NCBI RefSeq assembly: GCF_004010195.1
Contig: NC_057719.1
Span: forward strand, 24,169,933 to 24,224,577
Length of the DNA stretch: 54,645 nucleotides
Source of the DNA: Chiloscyllium plagiosum
Taxonomy: Eukaryota
Reading direction: 5' to 3'
Each line of letters opens with the position of its first letter. Position 1 is the stretch's first letter. The position numbers were made by a program, and so were the translations under genes. Shown here one piece after another: positions 53,231 to 54,645 of this stretch. Below the pieces are notes generated by a model. It searched no databases. It worked only from the letters and a program-made list of their open reading frames with translations, and was not told the DNA's origin.

Positions 53231-53538
53231 GGGCGGCACAGTGGTTAGCACTGCTGCCTCACAGCGCCAGGGACCTGGGTTCAATTCCCGCTTCAGGCAA
53301 CTGTCTGTGTGGAGTTTGCACATTCTCCCCGAGTCTGCGTCGGTTTCCTCCGGGTGCTCTGGTTTCCTCCCATAGTCCAAAAATGTGCAGGTTAGGTGAA
53401 TTGGCCATGCTAAATTGCCCATAGTGTTAGGTGAAGGGGTAAATGTAGGGGTCTGGGTGGGTTGCTCTTCGAAGGGTCGGTGTGGACTTGTTGGGCCAAA
53501 GGGCCTGTTTCCACACTGTAAGTAATCTAATCTATCTA
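53231..53538 (+). mobile_element. HE1-type V-SINE, near full length
   Basis: Head with B-box GGTTCAATTCC, V-core and (AATCT)n tail. TCTAAAA occurs on both sides. Confidence 0.93.
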
Positions 53539-53841
53539 AAATAGTGAGGATACATCCTTTATAAATTCATTCACACAATGAATGTATTAATTATCCATCT
53601 CTATTTGCCCTTGAGGTGCTGGTGAACTGCCTTCTTGAACTACTGCCAGCCATTCGGTGTAGATATATTCACAATGTCATGAGGAAGGGAGTTCTAAGAT
53701 TTTGACCCGATGATATTTAAGGATATATTCCCAAATCTGGATGGTATCTTGAAGGGGAACTGGATAGCTGTGGTGCTTCCATGTATTTGCTTCCCCTTTG
53801 TCCCTATGTAGTTGAGGGTTTGGTAGGTGCTATCTAAGGGA

Positions 53842-53942
53842 GAAAGTGAGGTCCTGAAGAAGGGCTTATGCCCGAAACGTCGATTCTCCTGTTCCCTGGA
53901 TGCTGCCTGACCTGCTGCGCTTTTCCAGCAACACATTTCCAA
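53842..53942 (+). mobile_element. Penelope-terminus insert with hammerhead core inside an old LINE
   Basis: CTGAAGA-A-GGGC-TTAT-GCCC-GAAAC-GTC at 53854. CTATCTAAGGGA is duplicated at 53830-53841 and 53943-53954. Confidence 0.85.
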
Positions 53943-54062
53943 CTATCTAAGGGACCTTAGTGAATTTTTCCAGGGCAACTGGTAGATAGTACACTGCTGC
54001 TATTGAGAATAGGTGGTGAAGGGCTGAATATGGATGTAGTGCTGATCAAACCAAATGCTAAT

Positions 54063-54645
54063 TGTTAGAAACGAAAATCGCTTCTCAATAATCGCTCTAG
54101 ACAAATTCAGGAAAACAAAGTTTTATTAACAAGTCAAGTCTGCAGAGTCGGGCACCCTTAAAGAAAAGGCGCGCTGAGGCTTACAAAGTCTCCCATTATA
54201 TACAGCACAAGTCCCTCCTCTCCTTGGCTCCAACAAGCCATGAGGTTCACATTCTTAAAAACATCATTATTCTTATCACAAAGTCTGCAACAAATGGCTC
54301 CAGAGTCTCTAAAGTTGTTGTTTTTCTCACCCTGTAGTCCTATCAGTCAAAGACTTATTCTTCTCTGTCTGTGCAATCTGTAGCAGATGTCTCTCGAGTC
54401 GTTTCCCTATCCTGGAGTCTTATCAGTCAAGGACTCATCCTTCACAGCTGTGTGAATGGCTTCATCAATCAAGAGCCTGCTTGTTTTTACTATCGCTCAC
54501 AAATTGTCAGCATTCTGCACAATTTAAACTACTCTACTTTTGAGTATATAAAATGGTTGTTAAAAAAGAAACAAAAGTTTTGTCTTTTATTATAGATCAG
54601 TCTGTGGTCCAGGCACATCTTAAAGTTTAAACCAAAATTACCTCT
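54063..54645 (-). mobile_element. Probable LTR (3' end at 54063, continuing beyond the window)
   Basis: On the minus strand: TATATAA (54196-54202), then AATAAA (54122-54127), then a terminal ...CTAACA. No PBS follows. Confidence 0.6.

Noticed and set aside
53231..53300. tRNA gene
   Set aside because: tRNA-derived head of an HE1 SINE, followed directly by the V-core.

Overview
Eukaryotic, repeat-rich genomic DNA from a cartilaginous fish: HE1-type V-SINEs and CR1, Penelope, Tx1 and Rex LINE-type relics point to a shark or ray. It is not prokaryotic. Most ORFs in the track are transposon fragments or noise. The one host gene I recognise is PPP4R4 on the minus strand: a CpG-island promoter at ~49.5-49.8 kb with an RFX X-box and GC boxes, coding exon 1 (48620-48712) and exon 2 (46352-46425). 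I did not find exon 3, so positions 1-46351 are probably one very large intron. That intron holds: (i) two splice-site-bounded, frame-preserving candidate cassette exons (8069-8218, 7184-7273); (ii) a truncated endogenous retrovirus 5' end (LTR, tRNA-Ser-like PBS) whose leader is an array of ~14 Pol III B-box-like motifs; (iii) many short Penelope-derived inserts, several with minimal hammerhead-ribozyme cores, palindromic structure and 9-16 bp flanking direct repeats; (iv) a young CR1 whose RT core is replaced by unrelated CpG-rich DNA; (v) a Gypsy gag fossil, two MITEs and nested LINE stacks. A 517-nt assembly gap lies in the gene's 5' region. Family assignments come from recalled motifs, not database searches, and repeat boundaries are approximate.
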